A stretch of DNA of 64,000 bases from Phoronis australis (Eukaryota; Animalia; Phoronida). Made by a program: the position numbers and the translations under genes. Every line of letters begins with the position of its first letter. The first letter of the stretch is position 1. Shown piece after piece: positions 1 to 13,513 of this stretch. The notes below the pieces were generated by a model. The model searched no databases. It worked only from the letters and a program-made list of their open reading frames with translations, and was not told the origin of the DNA. The stretch spans positions 262,032 through 326,031 of the forward strand of contig NMRA01000386.1 of NCBI GenBank assembly GCA_002633005.1, given 5' to 3'.

Positions 1-897
1 TTAAACATCTAAGGTTTAATTTCATGTACACTCAATAAGATATTGGAGGTTGAATTTAAAAGGGTATTCTACCACTGAAGATTTTTTGACAAAGCAAAAG
101 ATACTGAGTATTATGAGAAATGCGTAAAGGTTATTTTGAAGGCGTTTGTTGTCACCCAATTTGGCTCTTTTCTAAAAGATATTTCGAACCATTTTAGGTG
201 ATTTCCATTAAACTGAAATAAAAACCAACAACTTCTCAGAATGTGTCTCAAACATATGGTGTTTATTTTTGAACTCACGTGCTAGTGTATTGTTTATAAA
301 GTCAGTTCAACATTTCGTTCCCACAACATGAAAGAAAATTACGCCCATCCCTAAACGATCACCCAAGGCATTGGCAAGAAAAAGGCGTCGTGTCAACAGT
401 TATAAAATTTTGACGGCATTGGATAACCCTTCTTAAGTGATCTGCTTCCTAAAAACTGCTAGTTATTTCTCAACCAGTTGTAGAAGTCCGTTATTTCGCG
501 ACGAGAGAAAAATGAGACCAGTTTTGTAACAGTTGTTCAGTTCATTTCACGGTGTTAAAGTTCCATGCAGCAAATAGAACGGTAATGTCCCACGGTTACA
601 TGTATAGAGGACCACACCCAAGCGAGAATTTAATTACCAGACAAACAATCCAAAACTGTGTGCCTGCTTCACCAGCGCGACTTGTTCCATACTCAGATGA
701 TAAGTGAGTTCTGGCTCTGAAAAGAACTTGCAGCTCGCTGCTTGTAGAGATCGTACGCGGGGAATAAAATGTCACGCCGTGACGAGTCTACTTGAAGAGC
801 CTGGTATCGACCAACTGGGAACTGGCACTTCTTTCAAAGAACTGAAATCTGCCTGTTTAACTAAGGAACAACTTGAAACCAATTCCATAATGGTAAG

Positions 898-1158
898 CAT
901 GCGCGCACCCAGCCTAAAAATTGGGGCTCGAATTTTTGGGAATGTGGACCTTTTACCAAGATTTACGGAGTACGTTCACAGCTATGAATTCGTACATTCG
1001 GCGAATTTTGGTGGTTCCTGCCTTTTTAGAGGACTTATGTCTCGTTTTCTACTTTTCGGAGGTTTTTGTTTATCTGAGGCGGACCTTGTTGCCCACTTCG
1101 CCAAATGGGGGGAGGCTCATTCGAGCCCACCGACCCCCACCACCTGGGTGCGCGCATG
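898..1158. mobile_element. 261-bp MITE with 15-bp TIR CATGCGCGCACCCAG and 5-bp TSD GTAAG
   Basis: Perfect TIRs at 898-912 and 1144-1158. GTAAG at 893-897 and 1159-1163. A related inverted copy lies at 58440-58667. Confidence 0.85.
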
Positions 1159-3100
1159 GTAAGTAATCTACAGCAAAAGACAGTTTTTGTGATGGAAAAC
1201 AGTTTACGTCCACTTTAAGTCTTGAAAAGCATGTTACTTTTCGCGACTATTTCATCATTGGGTGTCTATATGGTAAATTACAACAGATTACGTGTGCATT
1301 GCAAGGAAAAAACAAAGAAAAGAAGCCAACACCCGGCTAAAAAAAGGAAAAGACCGCTCTTTAAGTATTGATTCCCTCACCCTACCCTCCCTTATCTGTG
1401 ATGCGCAAGTCGGAAGGCATAATGTTTCATTTTTCCACTTTTCAATGTGTTGGCGTGCTCATTCTTCATCTTCAACAACTATGTCCTAGTTACACCTGAA
1501 AAACTCGTTTGTAAGATATCAAATATCATGTTTGAGTCGTACACATACTTTACGGGTAGTCGCTCCAGGAGGAATAACCCTAATTTTAATTTAGGTCTAC
1601 TGGCGAATAAATATATTTACAACTGAAAAAAATCTCAGGCATCAAATATATATTGAGCCCGCACATACTTTAGGACCAACCGATGGTAGGGTCAATTGTA
1701 AGCTGTTTGCTCGCAGTTAAGCTGTCAATGCTGAATTCTTAACCGAAGAGCCTTGAGATTTTTAAAAAAAATCCCCACCCTTACTTGATCCTAAGTTTTT
1801 GACGAATGAGCAATGCTTACTTCCAAATCTATAACTTTAGGGCTAGCAAACTCCATTGAACACTGAAGCGTTTTCTTGCGTTGCGATAATTTCGATGTTC
1901 TTGTTAGTAACGGAAAAGAGCCCCGCCCCAGCAAGGAATAGCGTGACGTCGATTTTATGAGAATGAAGGGTCTAATTCGATTTTCGTTTTCATCCAGCTG
2001 CAGAGCGAAATGCAGCTTTACTTTAAGACTAAAGGCGGGTAACCGAAATATTTGTATCCAAGGTGCTTGTCATAGCAATTCACGAAAATACAGGACATCT
2101 CCGTCATAGCATTACGGACGGTCATATAGCTCAAACGATGACAAATCATCAGTATAGCAAACAAGGTCATACCTTACACTTTATCACATTTTTTTTAAGA
2201 ACCAATCTCACTAAAAACTAAAAGGATAAAAACAGTTGCATGTAAAACATTTTATTATCAACAGTCAGTCCAATACAAAATCATGTTGCACGTGGTGCCA
2301 CAGAATACACGCTACCTCGCATTGTCGCCTTCGGGACATGAGGAGGAAAGTGACAACTTATGCCCAAATATGGACATGTAATCTGAATAGAAGAATGGGA
2401 ATGTGACTGATGAGTTGTTGGGTTCAGAGTTCAGCCAGGTAGCGTGTATCTACTAATATAACTTAATAACAAAAGTGAACTTAACAACAGTTGTGCTAGT
2501 GTACATTAAACACCTTGCATAAGCGGATTTAGGGGTCACCTCGCAATACCCCTCTGGGCAAGACAAAGACTGTTGTCAACATGCCACTTTTAGGGGTGTT
2601 TTTTTTTCGCAAATTGTGGTTTCCCCTCACAACATCCTAAATCTGCCCGTGCTTTGCTTTCAACAATACGCACTAACAAATCGTACACAATTTATGAAAT
2701 TCATCCATAAGTTGACAAAACAACCCTTTTTAACAAAACCCTTCATTCTGAAGTACACTATATCTGAAATGTTCATTATTCTTTCCTATAGACAATTTAA
2801 CCCACAGCTGAAACAAAGAGTGCACTGGCCAACAACCCCCTCCCCTCATCTTGCACCTCATAGCTGTAATTTGAAACACCTGCTATGGCTTATTCCAACT
2901 TGATATTCATTGCCTGTAACACCACGTTCTGGAGTGAGTGGCCAACCTTGCAACAAGTTTCAAACGCAGTGTTTTTGCAAAAGCTGACAAATAAAAATCT
3001 GTTGCCTGAGCCAGGAGTGCGATCACTAACGCTAGCGCCACTAGTGTCAGGTAATAATGCTTCAGTTGAGGACATAATATGGCCCAGAACTGGAACCTGA

Positions 3101-3296
3101 TAGACCTTATTCACGCGGTCGCCATTTTAATAGTGAGCCTCTTTCTAGGTTTGAAAAACAATGCATTTGAGACATAAATATAAAGAGGGATGCGAAAAAA
3201 ATCAGGCTTTGCGTTGTGATTTAGCATAGAATGCATTGTTTTTAAAACCTAAAAAGAGGCTCACCTCTAAAATGGCGACTGTCTGAATATGATGTA
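3101..3296. mobile_element. Hairpin MITE with ~65-bp inverted arms in the PIGK 3' region
   Basis: The left arm tagaccttattcacgcggtcgccattttaatagtgagcctctttctaggtttgaaaaacaatgcatt is mirrored by aatgcattgtttttaaaacctaaaaagaggctcacctctaaaatggcgactgtctgaatatg. Confidence 0.75.
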
Positions 3297-3970
3297 TAGT
3301 TAACAAAACTTATAAGTAAAAGTTAATTTAATAATTAGTACACTTGAATGGTACAGCTGCTGCCGACCAGTAGTGCAAACAGGACAATAAACCTGCCTAA
3401 GTGTAGATAACAAACTATTAATGTAGACAACTTCCTGCTGCAACAGCAGTCTTACCTTGCTTAAGGTTAGAAATGACTTCTGGGTGTGAGAGTTTGTAAC
3501 TGTTTCACATTACTAAGCCTATCACCACAGGGGTGGTGGTGGTGGTGGTGGTGGTAGAGGTGGGGGTTAGTTTTGGTTGCCAAGACAGTATGGTCCACAG
3601 GGGATTTCTAGATTTATTGCAACTCATTTCGATTCAAAGGAGAAGATAAACTTGCATTGGAAGTGCAAACATACTTCTGAAAAAGTTACGTTTTAACACC
3701 AGGACATGGTTTAGAGTGACTTTAAAACATTGAGCATTGCAGCAAAGTAATAAGCCTATGAAACATTGAAAAATATTAATGTTAGCAATTTCTGTCCCAA
3801 AGTAAAAAAAGTTTATCATATTTGCAAATGAAAACTGATGAGATCACATGCTTCACTTAAAATACATGGTTCTGAAACCTTATGTGAACTCGCCCAATTC
3901 ACAAAATACTAGCCGTCCAGGCCAAAGATGAAAACCCACCCTAAAAAGGTTGACCTGCTAGTGCTGGCCC

Positions 3971-4104
3971 TTAAAGCAACCCTCTGTAACTCAGGGAACT
4001 GGTCTTTTAAAAGATCTTAAAGCAACCCTATGTTACACAAGGAACTGGTCTTCATAAGATCTTAAAGCAGACTCCTGTTACACAGGAAACTGGTTTGCAT
4101 ATGA
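3971..4104. repeat. ~45-bp tandem repeat x3 overlapping the PIGK stop codon
   Basis: Units ttaaagca...tgttacaca..gaactggt...agatc start at 3971, 4017 and 4062. Confidence 0.8.
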
Positions 4105-7100
4105 CAGTTTCGTCTTCGTAGTGGTTCCCTGAGATTTTTCGGCTGCACAGGAACGGTTGCTGAAAGATGACACAATGACACAGATATTAAGTGCATTTGA
4201 CAAGTTTTCTACAGCAGTGACCAGACATTTGAGAATGGGTGAAGATAATTTACTGCACTCTTCCTGGTTAACACTAACAAAATGCCCACTATGAATTTAC
4301 AAATTTTTCACTTTCAAACACCTGCATCTGGCTACAAGCCCATCCCCAATTTATACACTCTGAATTTTTAGTTCCTAAAAGGAACCCAAAAGTGAAAAAC
4401 AACATGCGACTGACATCAGACAAAATACTGTTTCTCCATCATGACGGCTAATTCTAACTATAATGACAGGATAATTCTAATGGCAGAATGGCTTTAATGG
4501 CCACCTTGCCAACTTTGCTTTCATTCTCAGTCACGAGGGAAGACTAATTTGTCGCAGATGAACTTGGCTTCCACCCAGCCGTCATGACAGGGAATTCTGG
4601 GTAATTTTGTCTGAATACTTTTTGTTTAATTACATTGGACTCCATGTTGACTATGTTATGCCACAGCTATGACTGTTGATATACATGCAACTACCTGAAA
4701 GCTCACCTGGAATCCATGAAAGTGACTTTTAAAAGACTCAAGACAGAAATTTGGTCTTGCAGTCCCACAGCAAAACACACCACAGTACAGCACAGCAAAG
4801 ATCAACACAGTACAAAATACCCTCCGACCTCAAATTTAGCAAGGTATTAAGCAAGTGACAGGCTCTCAAACTTTTCACACCACCTTACCTGCAAACATCA
4901 CTTCCGCTGGCCACAAGAGGAGGCAATGACATCTTCTCCGACGTCACCTCAACATTTCGTACACTTCCGAAGAAATCAGTGACCAACACCTGATTCAAGT
5001 CTCGCCTGAAGAGGTCAGTGCGCGTTGCCACGGTTGATATGCACAAATGTTTAGGGCAGACTTTCAGCTAGAAAGAAACACTGAAAATTGTAACGTAAAA
5101 CAAACATGTTTCAGTACATACCACATTCTTCTCAGAAAGAAAAACAATAAGAGGCTTTCTGTTGCTCGTGACTCTACAATCTTAATAATTGTCACGTTTC
5201 CTTGTTTGAGCTGAAAAGCCAATCTTAACAACGCCATTGGAATGACAATCAACAGATGTCAAAGTGGTTAGCTTATTATGCAGTTATTTAGTTAAACTTT
5301 GAATGACATACTGAGACACAGTTCTCAGCATGGCATGACCAGATCACGAGTGTTTCATAGAATTCTGAATTTGCTAATAGCACTCGACTATGAAGATTTT
5401 TAGGAGACACTATAGGTCTGTGGTTAAAGCTCTGAAATCCCCTTGGAAGTCCCGTGTACCGTTCAAATCATGGCTCTACCAGGAAACTATCAAGTACTGC
5501 GCTAATGTGTTTCTCGCTCCTCAAAGCTGAATTCATAACAGTAGATGGACATTCGGACGTGAAAGAGAACAAGAATATTAACACAGATCTAGAGATTTCA
5601 GGGGTGGGCAAACAAAGTATACGAAGACTATTTCTTAGTATTTTTTAAATATTTTTGCACTAATTAAATTCCTCATCAATGGGAGACTGCACATTCTAAA
5701 AGTCCCCGATTAAGAAGTTTGGAATGATAAAATCAGGCCTTGGAATGACCAATAACAAAAAAAGAGTAAAATTTTCCAGGTGGTGTATCGTTCCACAAAT
5801 AAATAGGCATGAGTGATAGAAACATTTTTGTGTTGTAAAATTCAACTGAAATATATGGTTTTGCAAACTAATGATAAGGAAGAGACGACAAAAGAGGCAA
5901 CTGAAAATCAAATAAGAGAAAATCAAAACCAAAAAAGAGGAAATCCTCCTGCAAGAGGAAAATTTCAAGCCTTGATAATACAATAAAAACACTACCTACC
6001 AGTTCCACCCTCAGCACAGTACGATCACAGAAAAATGGATGTATGAACTCCCCTTCCTTTAATACTTGAATTATTAAAATCTTCAGACAGACACAGAATC
6101 AAAGACAAACAAGAATTTCATTGAAATATATTATAAGTGTCCCAGGGAAATAGCTACACTGTTTGTCAGCCCAGGATGTGCACAGGTAATACTGCATCAA
6201 GTTGTTACTCACAAAGCTTGCTAGTGTCTTTTTACTGCCAGGCGTGACCTTCTCTAGGTACTCCAGAGCATAGTATGTATACCTGTCGATGATGTACACA
6301 CCTATGGCGGGGTCCACGTGATGCTGAAATTATGAATCACTTAAATGTAGTCTTAAACGCAAGAACCACACCAAGGATAAAATTACCAACAGGACATACA
6401 TCAGAGTTTGCCGAAAACAAGNCCCAACTGAGTATACGCCCAAGAGGGATATTCAAGGATAGTGTTCCCAAAATACAATGTACACCCAAGGCACACATTT
6501 GTGGAAAAATAAGCATAGCTGGAGCCCAGGATTTCCCGTTTCACAGGAAATGGGCATCAAGTACTGATACACCAGGGCATATTTTCGACTGGCACTGGAT
6601 TTGGTTTTTGGCCCTAAACATGCCACATACCCGATGTAAGCCTCAGGCTGGTTTACAGAAAACTACGACACATTTTGTAAAGCAATTACGTCCCATGTTT
6701 GAGGTCAGAGGTCAGTTTTAAGAAGTTAACAGCTGATACTAGAACCAACCGAATCCGCAAAGCTACAGTGAGGTCAGAGGTCAGATTGAGAGAATAATCA
6801 GTGACACAATGGTGTAGGAATATGTAAAGCAAAAACAACTGAGTTAAAACACAACGACCAATTTTTACGAAATAATTTTTGATACATTCGAACAGCGTAC
6901 AAATTCTTTAAGTTGAGGTAACTTCAGTACGAACACGGAGCCAGTCCGTAAAATCGGAACTCACCGACAGGGAATCTTCTCCCACCCGACTACTAGCGAC
7001 ACCTATAATGTTTGGAGAGTACAGTGTGTTGATCATTGACTGGGCCTGGCATGTGTCTATGAGAAACATGATCTCGTGATATCTGAAGAAAGAAATTTAC

Positions 7101-10100
7101 ATTCAGTTAGTTGGCGTTGCAATGAGGTAAATCTTGGATGAATAAGTAAATAATTGTCTTTGAATAAGTTAACGTTACCTCTCTTGAAGACGTATTTTGC
7201 CAGTTTGACACATTTTACTAATTCTGAATGATATTTTGAATCTTTCAATAGATTTTCATTATAAATTTAATTAACAATTAACAGGAATGTGTATCACTGT
7301 GAGTAAGTCGAATAAGACAAACATTTTGTGTCTGAGTTACTGAATAACTGCTAGTTACTATCATTTCCTGTTTAATAATTCAAATCAAAGAAAAATTATG
7401 CAACAACAATGGAACAGAAAATCTCCATGCTTGTCGTCCTTGAGAACTCAAAAGCAAGGAAACACAGCTAAATCCGATCTGTTGATTTTTGATCACCGAA
7501 CCACACTTAAAGAACTTAATCTATTTTCATTACATGAGCGCTTCATTTTTATTATTTTCATTTTTGTAGAAGTCAATATTAAAAATAAAGTCAAACTGAC
7601 CAAAAGGCACCCAAAAAGGTAAATTTACCTTTAAACACGCCCAAACTTGGCAACAGTAGCTATACATCACATATTGACTTAGAGTGGAACACATCAACCC
7701 TTTTTAGCTTCAACTATGGAAAACTTGTGGAAAATGATATGTTTGGACATTCACCAGTACTAAACTAAATGACGTGGTATAATCAACTGTTTTGATCAAA
7801 TTGATGTCAAAATCTATAAGTATGAATATAAAATTCATCTCCATGAAATGACAAAGTTTTCTGCTTTTGGGTCAAAGACACAGACTTATAACATTAAATG
7901 GTGATATCAAGGATATCGCTTTGATACTGATATCAACACTGATATTAGTCACCTATTCTTCTGCCACATTTGCTCGAAAGCATCAGCCAGTTCAACGTTG
8001 GAGATTTCCTCTGCATCTTGAAACTTGAGGAAACCATCGCCACCGTGCCCTGGGAATAGAACGTTTTCTTTTAAATGTTTGAAACTTGCTTAACACCACG
8101 TTTATACATTATGTGGGACATAATCTGCAAGTCTGTACACTGTCAAATACCTACAAAAGTATAGAAATTAGCCCTGTAAAAGCATAATGTTAAACAAAAA
8201 GGTTGCAGCATTTCATTTTTAAAAGCATCAGCCAGTTCAACGTTGGAGATTTCCTCTGCATCCTGAAACTTGAGGAAACCATCGCCACCGTGCCCTGGGA
8301 ATAGAACGTTTTTTTTTAAATTTCGAAACTTGCTTAACATGGCAGTATACATTATGTTGGACATAATCTGCAAGTCTGTACACTTTGCCAAATACCTACA
8401 AAACTATAGAAATTAGCTCAGTCTGTAAAAGCATAACCTTAAACAAAAAGGTAGCAGCATTTCATTTTTACAAATTAAAGCATCAATCTGTCATTAATTA
8501 GGTCACGTGATCATGTGTTTTTGGTAAAGTTTAGCAATCACGGAAGGTGCATTCACAGCATGACCAAATGACATAAATACTCAAGATCGAATCTCAAAAT
8601 GCTTTCACGTTTTTCTAAAATATCGCATCATTCTCCATGAATGCAAGTTTTGAGTTTTTTGATACAAAACATAGAAGTCCCATTTTTGATAACCCCTCAA
8701 ACAAAAGTAAAGCATTTTAAAAACAGTTTCTAATTGTGTTTTCAAGAGAACAGTGCGTGACTATTGAAAGTTTCATTTTAAGTCTGGTCTGCACACCACC
8801 TATTGGCCACATCACATGACCTAATGAAAAGATTTCTGCCCCAAATCGGGACTCCAACCTAAGACCTGCTATCCGTGCAGAAGCTCAAGATTAAGATTTA
8901 AATGTATTTGCATTCTGAGATGCAGTGTTCTGATGTTAACCACTGTAAATTTTGGAATTTTTCTACACACTGTAAATGCAGACCAGGAGCTGCCAGACCA
9001 AAGTTTGTCTACCTATTGTTTAAGCACAGGTGCCACACTAACACAAAAGTTAATAGAACAAAGTAAAAATATAGATGTTTGAAACCAGAGGTCATCAGAC
9101 AAAAATGGAATTGCATTGCTGACACGAACAGTTCTGGTAAGAAACCAATAGACTGAAACAAAAAAGGAAAGGGAATACAATCTTCCTCATGACCCCATGG
9201 TTAGGATTATGTCAACAGCTGCTGTTTTATATTTACAAAGCTCTTTCTGATGTCCCAAGATTGCATTTTTTTCACCCGTGACCGAAAGAGCCACTTTGAG
9301 TAACGCCACCTCTGTCTGGATCCTGATGACATGCCTCACTCAGTAAACAAGTTGCAAAGTAATAGCCGAGGCAGACACCAGTGATACATACTAACTGCCA
9401 CCCCACTGAGGGATTGAGCTGTGCATCTCAAGTGCTGACGCCAGCCAAGGTTGATCCCACCCAGGATGAATGCGAAAAAGTTGTTTTACTCACCTAAGGA
9501 GGAAGCAGGGAACTATTTTTTCCTGTCCTGTGAGTACCTCAGACATTCAATTTGCGCCACCAACTTCAGATGTTGCTACCCAACATTTCCACAAATGGCC
9601 AAGCCATGACCTCTGTCTACCAATTCACCACTATACCCATAATGTACAAGATTATATTGCTTCCATCATCTGATAATAGTCATTTGGTTAAAAGCATACT
9701 GGGCGACGACCACGTAAATATTATATTATATTATTGTTATATAGACAGAGATTAGACTAATCTACTTTTACTGCTTTCTTCACTACTATACCTGTCATAT
9801 ACACCAGTATGTTGCTGCGGTCATCTGACAACAGACGTTTGGCTCTTGGTGTACTGGGCGGCAAACGACCTGTCAACACTCGGATGAAGTTTTCTACTGT
9901 CACCTGGAATGATTCATCAACCATATTGCACGGCGTACTTAAAAGTAAAACTCAATGAAATTGATTTTTTGCCATTTTCATGAAAGATTAGAGCACAGTT
10001 CTATCTAAATTGTACCGATCTAAGCAATCATAAGATATGACTGCAGAATGACTCTTTCGAAAGAAGTTTCCACAAATGAAGGGATAAAACAACTTTTGCC

Positions 10101-11869
10101 AAAGAAGCATTTTCAACAACTCCACAGATGCTCGTCAAAAGGTCAAGGTTTTACCTTCAATGGAGTTTTCAAGGCAGAGATCAAGGGCGTAATAAACAGA
10201 CTAATGACTTATGATGTGCAGTGAAAAGACTGATTACATTTTCCTACGTCAAAAAATGGGATCAATCTTGTGACCTTTGACCTACTACTGACCTCATAAC
10301 CCCTGTAGTCGACCTCCACATCGTCTCCATAAACATCAATGTGTTCATTAGCATTATTGAAAACTGTGGCTGTAAATATTAAAGGCAACATTAAGAAGTC
10401 TGACTTGCTCTGGACCATCATAAAGAGCGGAATTCTTTTCAAAAACTATAAAGTTTGTATGAGTAGATGTTATCTTGTTCTAAACAGAAAAATACGAGTG
10501 CCAGCTGTGGACTGTAGACTGCTACCACCTTTAGCTCAGGTAGGCTTTGCTGATTCTTCGATGAGGCATGGCACGCCAAAGCTCATCAGAAATATCAGTC
10601 ATTTGATAAACAGCTGACTGAGAAGAAGCGTATTGACAGCAGATTAATCGTGTGTAATCACAGTACGAAGCAGAGATTTCCAAAAGAGAATTTCAAGTGC
10701 ATTTTAGAATATATTTGAATACCATGATACCTTAAGTTTGTAAAAAAATTTAAACACCAATTGCATCTTAATGCAGCTGCTGCTTGAAGTCAAATGCCAA
10801 AGGTCGCACTTTCCATATAAGGGAAATGTGCTATGTCTATGTCTTGCCATACCAAATAAGGAGAGGTGCTTTGCCTTGTGGGAGAAAAACCGGCGAAGTG
10901 ATGAGCAGTTGACAGATCACTTTTTGAAATTCAAAACTAAAAGAAAAATACTGTGACATCAACAGAAGTTCAAAATTGTTACGGGCAAACTGTATTTCTG
11001 CAGAATATTTTGAATTCTGTTTCAGTGGCAGAGAACTGCTTTGAATAATGCAACTTAGGCTGTTTTTTATGTTTCAGGCTTCTTTAAGAGCCAAACAGGA
11101 AAAATTAGGATCGTTACAGTTCAGGGGCTACACATAATGCACGAGGCAGCCTTAAAAAACAATTTGCCGGTCATGTCTCACCTGGTCTAGGATTCCTGGG
11201 ATTGCATGCCATGTCATCAGCAACCATCAAAATGATCTGACTGAAATCAAAACAAAATTTAATGCACTTTGACAGATTCTGACGGGCAGGTTACAGACTT
11301 GATTCTTATCAGTGGCATAATATTTCTACACCCGTTTACTATCCCATAATTGACCCATTCATCACAGCTGGTGTAGCTCATGTCTGCATGACAAAGCGCA
11401 TTTGAAAGTTCGCCTGTATTCTTGAAAGAGACTGAGACTGTGAAATTACTCTCATGGAGTTATACTGAATGGCTAATAGGAGGGTGTACCGCAATGCTTC
11501 ACATGAAGACACTACACTACACTACACTACACTACACTACACTACACTACACTACACTACACTACACTACACTACACTACTCAGAAGAAGAAAAAGAAAA
11601 AGAAAGGAAAGAATTGCTGTAAGCTCAATTCAAATATTTAGACGTGCAATAGGCCACCTTTGTCACCTGCATACGTCTGGTGCACCACAAAAGGTACCAC
11701 AGGATGTGCACTATTTCATTCACCTGTCGGGTATGCCGAGCCTCTTAACACTCCTGTAGATGGAGAGAACGTTGGCCACATGACGGTAATTGAACCAGAA
11801 CCTGGACGTGTCTACTAGTACTGCCCAGTTGTTGGTGTGGCCGCGTGCAAAGTGTTCAGACACTTTCAC
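4078..11869 (-). CDS. PIGK: GPI-anchor transamidase catalytic subunit (GPI8, C13/legumain family); 5'-partial, signal-peptide exon not found
   Basis: GT-AG exons in consistent phase: 11869-11724 ([39 protein letters not shown]), 11240-11182 ([20 protein letters not shown]), 10369-10293 ([26 protein letters not shown]), 9903-9792 ([14 protein letters not shown]...ILVYMT), 8049-7953 ([12 protein letters not shown], catalytic His), 7082-6965 (IDTCQA, catalytic Cys), 6323-6213 ([18 protein letters not shown]), 5067-4889 ([11 protein letters not shown]), 4159-4078 ([10 protein letters not shown]). Total 981 nt = 326 aa + stop. Confidence 0.96.
7977..8470. repeat. ~245-bp tandem duplication containing a partial copy of the PIGK catalytic-His exon
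   Basis: 7977-8221 and 8222-8470 are highly similar. The second copy carries the acceptor and [25 protein letters not shown] (8294-8222) but lacks the exon end and donor. Confidence 0.9.
11508..11580. repeat. (ACTAC)n pentanucleotide microsatellite, about 14 units
   Basis: Read directly from the sequence. Confidence 0.95.
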
Positions 11870-13334
11870 CTGTGGACAACGATAAAAGAATTTCTTCACT
11901 TAAATAGCAAACAATTCTATTTCGTTAAATTTCTCCACAAAACTAAAGACTAAGAAGATTTTAGTCTACCGTAGTGCGTAGATATCATAAAAAATATGCA
12001 AAAGGATAATCAGCCTATAACTCTCGTATTCCACCATTGGATCCTAGCCTTTTGTGATTGAGTACAAGGTGCCTCTATCACACCAACGTCCTCATCAATT
12101 ACATAAGCACACACCTACATTCAGAACTTACTCAGCTGAAGGATATGATCATTAACTGCCGGGCTTCCCGATTTATCTGCACTGTGCGGACAATAACTGT
12201 TTTGTGCAATGGACTCATATAGTGTCATTCTTTGTGTTGAAAGGTTGTTTTGGAGTCAAACTTAATGGCTTCATCAGTTTAAGTACTAGCACTATTAAAG
12301 CTACCATCAAACAGCTTCAAAAACTGTTGACGTGCATTCACAATTACAGTGTTAGATACTTTTGAAATAAAGGTGATATGACATCATATCCCCTGGCGTG
12401 CGCAGTGTTAAAAATGGTGAATTACCGATTTTGGGAACTGAATGAGGGACTGCTCAAATAAAAAGTTTGATAACGGGAGTATTTGTTTGAGTTGGAACAA
12501 ATTAAATACATCGACAGCTTCCTAACGTGTCCCTCTATGCGCAAAATGTATTTATAACAATGTGGAATTGATGTTTTAGTCAGTGTGAGGCATAATTCGC
12601 TGAAAATCTTCCAGCGTATGATGCACCTATAGGAGCTTCATTATTTCTACTTCGGAGCCAGTAGAGATAGTGGTCATTGTCTCTATTACAGAGCCAGTAG
12701 AGACAGTGGTCACTGTCCAGTCATTGTGTAGCACAGCAGTGCAGCCGATAGCCTTGGTACAGCTTTGTACCGATATGGGTAAAAAAGTAGTAAGATAAAA
12801 TCTGACACGAAATTAATGTCATTAAAAACTACAATCTGTCTTGAGTAAAGTAAACTAAATTATTTAACTGTGTTGGAAAAATGATGTTCTATCGTTACTC
12901 TGCTGCTAAAGTTGTGGAGCGATCTTCTGCATTCAATTTGGCTTTTGGCGCCAAGAGATATTGCGTCACCTACTGGCCAATTTCATTTTTCGCCGATTCT
13001 TTAATCAACTGTTGTTCTTTTACGAGGTTGTGTACATGTCACAAAAAATTATTGGAACTGGTTTCACTTCCTTATAAGTTTTTATAATTTAAATATAGAA
13101 AAACTGAATTTCAGAACAAATTTTGCTGCTGCGAAATTGTCGCAAAAATTTAGGAAATGGTGCATGACACGGGCGTACTATTTTCAAAACGACAACATAC
13201 TTATCATTGTTACAAAAGCACGCGAGAAAATGACGTTTGCTGCATTGTTTTTCACTTAAACAGTTGTAACGGGCAAGGTGAGTGTCGGTTGACTCCCAGA
13301 TTGCATGCACCTCATCCAGTCTTTAGCTCTTGGA

Positions 13335-13513
13335 GTTGGTAGAGGTGTTTTGGGTAGCCGAGATTACCCGACCCGGGGATCGAACCAGCTTTCCCCATAA
13401 AACTGGCAAGCGTGTTAACCATTCAGCTAATAGGCAATTGCCCGTTAGCGAGTAGCTAACAGAGGCTCATATGATTCACCGGAAGCACATCTACAACAAC
13501 CCCCCCCTTCCCT
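13335..13513 (-). mobile_element. Short (~165-bp) LTR-like unit with an internal tRNA-derived Pol III promoter, preceded by a polypurine tract (Ajax/TRIM-like candidate)
   Basis: On the minus strand: AGGGAAGGGGGGGG (13513-13500), then TGTTGTAGA...A-box TAGCTGAATGG (13429-13419)...B-box GGTTCGATCCC (13386-13376)...TCTACCAAC. Confidence 0.55.

Noticed and set aside
704-1166. 152-aa and 81-aa ORFs
   Set aside because: They run through a MITE and have no recognisable protein motif.
1380-1950. Possible minus-strand exon and promoter motifs (GC box, CRE) of a gene leaving the window to the left
   Set aside because: All frames are closed and there is no homology evidence.
11422-11759. ORFs with LHYTT repeats
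   Set aside because: Translation of an (ACTAC)n microsatellite.
11966-12037. MVEYESYRLIILLHIF... as the PIGK signal-peptide exon
   Set aside because: The available donor is phase 2 but the next exon needs phase 0, and the frame stops.
13157-13277. Plus-strand ORF ending at a strong AAG|gtgagt donor as AK exon 1
   Set aside because: No similarity to the AK5 N-terminus; it could at most be an untranslated exon.
13366-13436. Functional tRNA gene
   Set aside because: A and B boxes are present but acceptor and anticodon stems are not convincing; it is embedded in an LTR-like unit.
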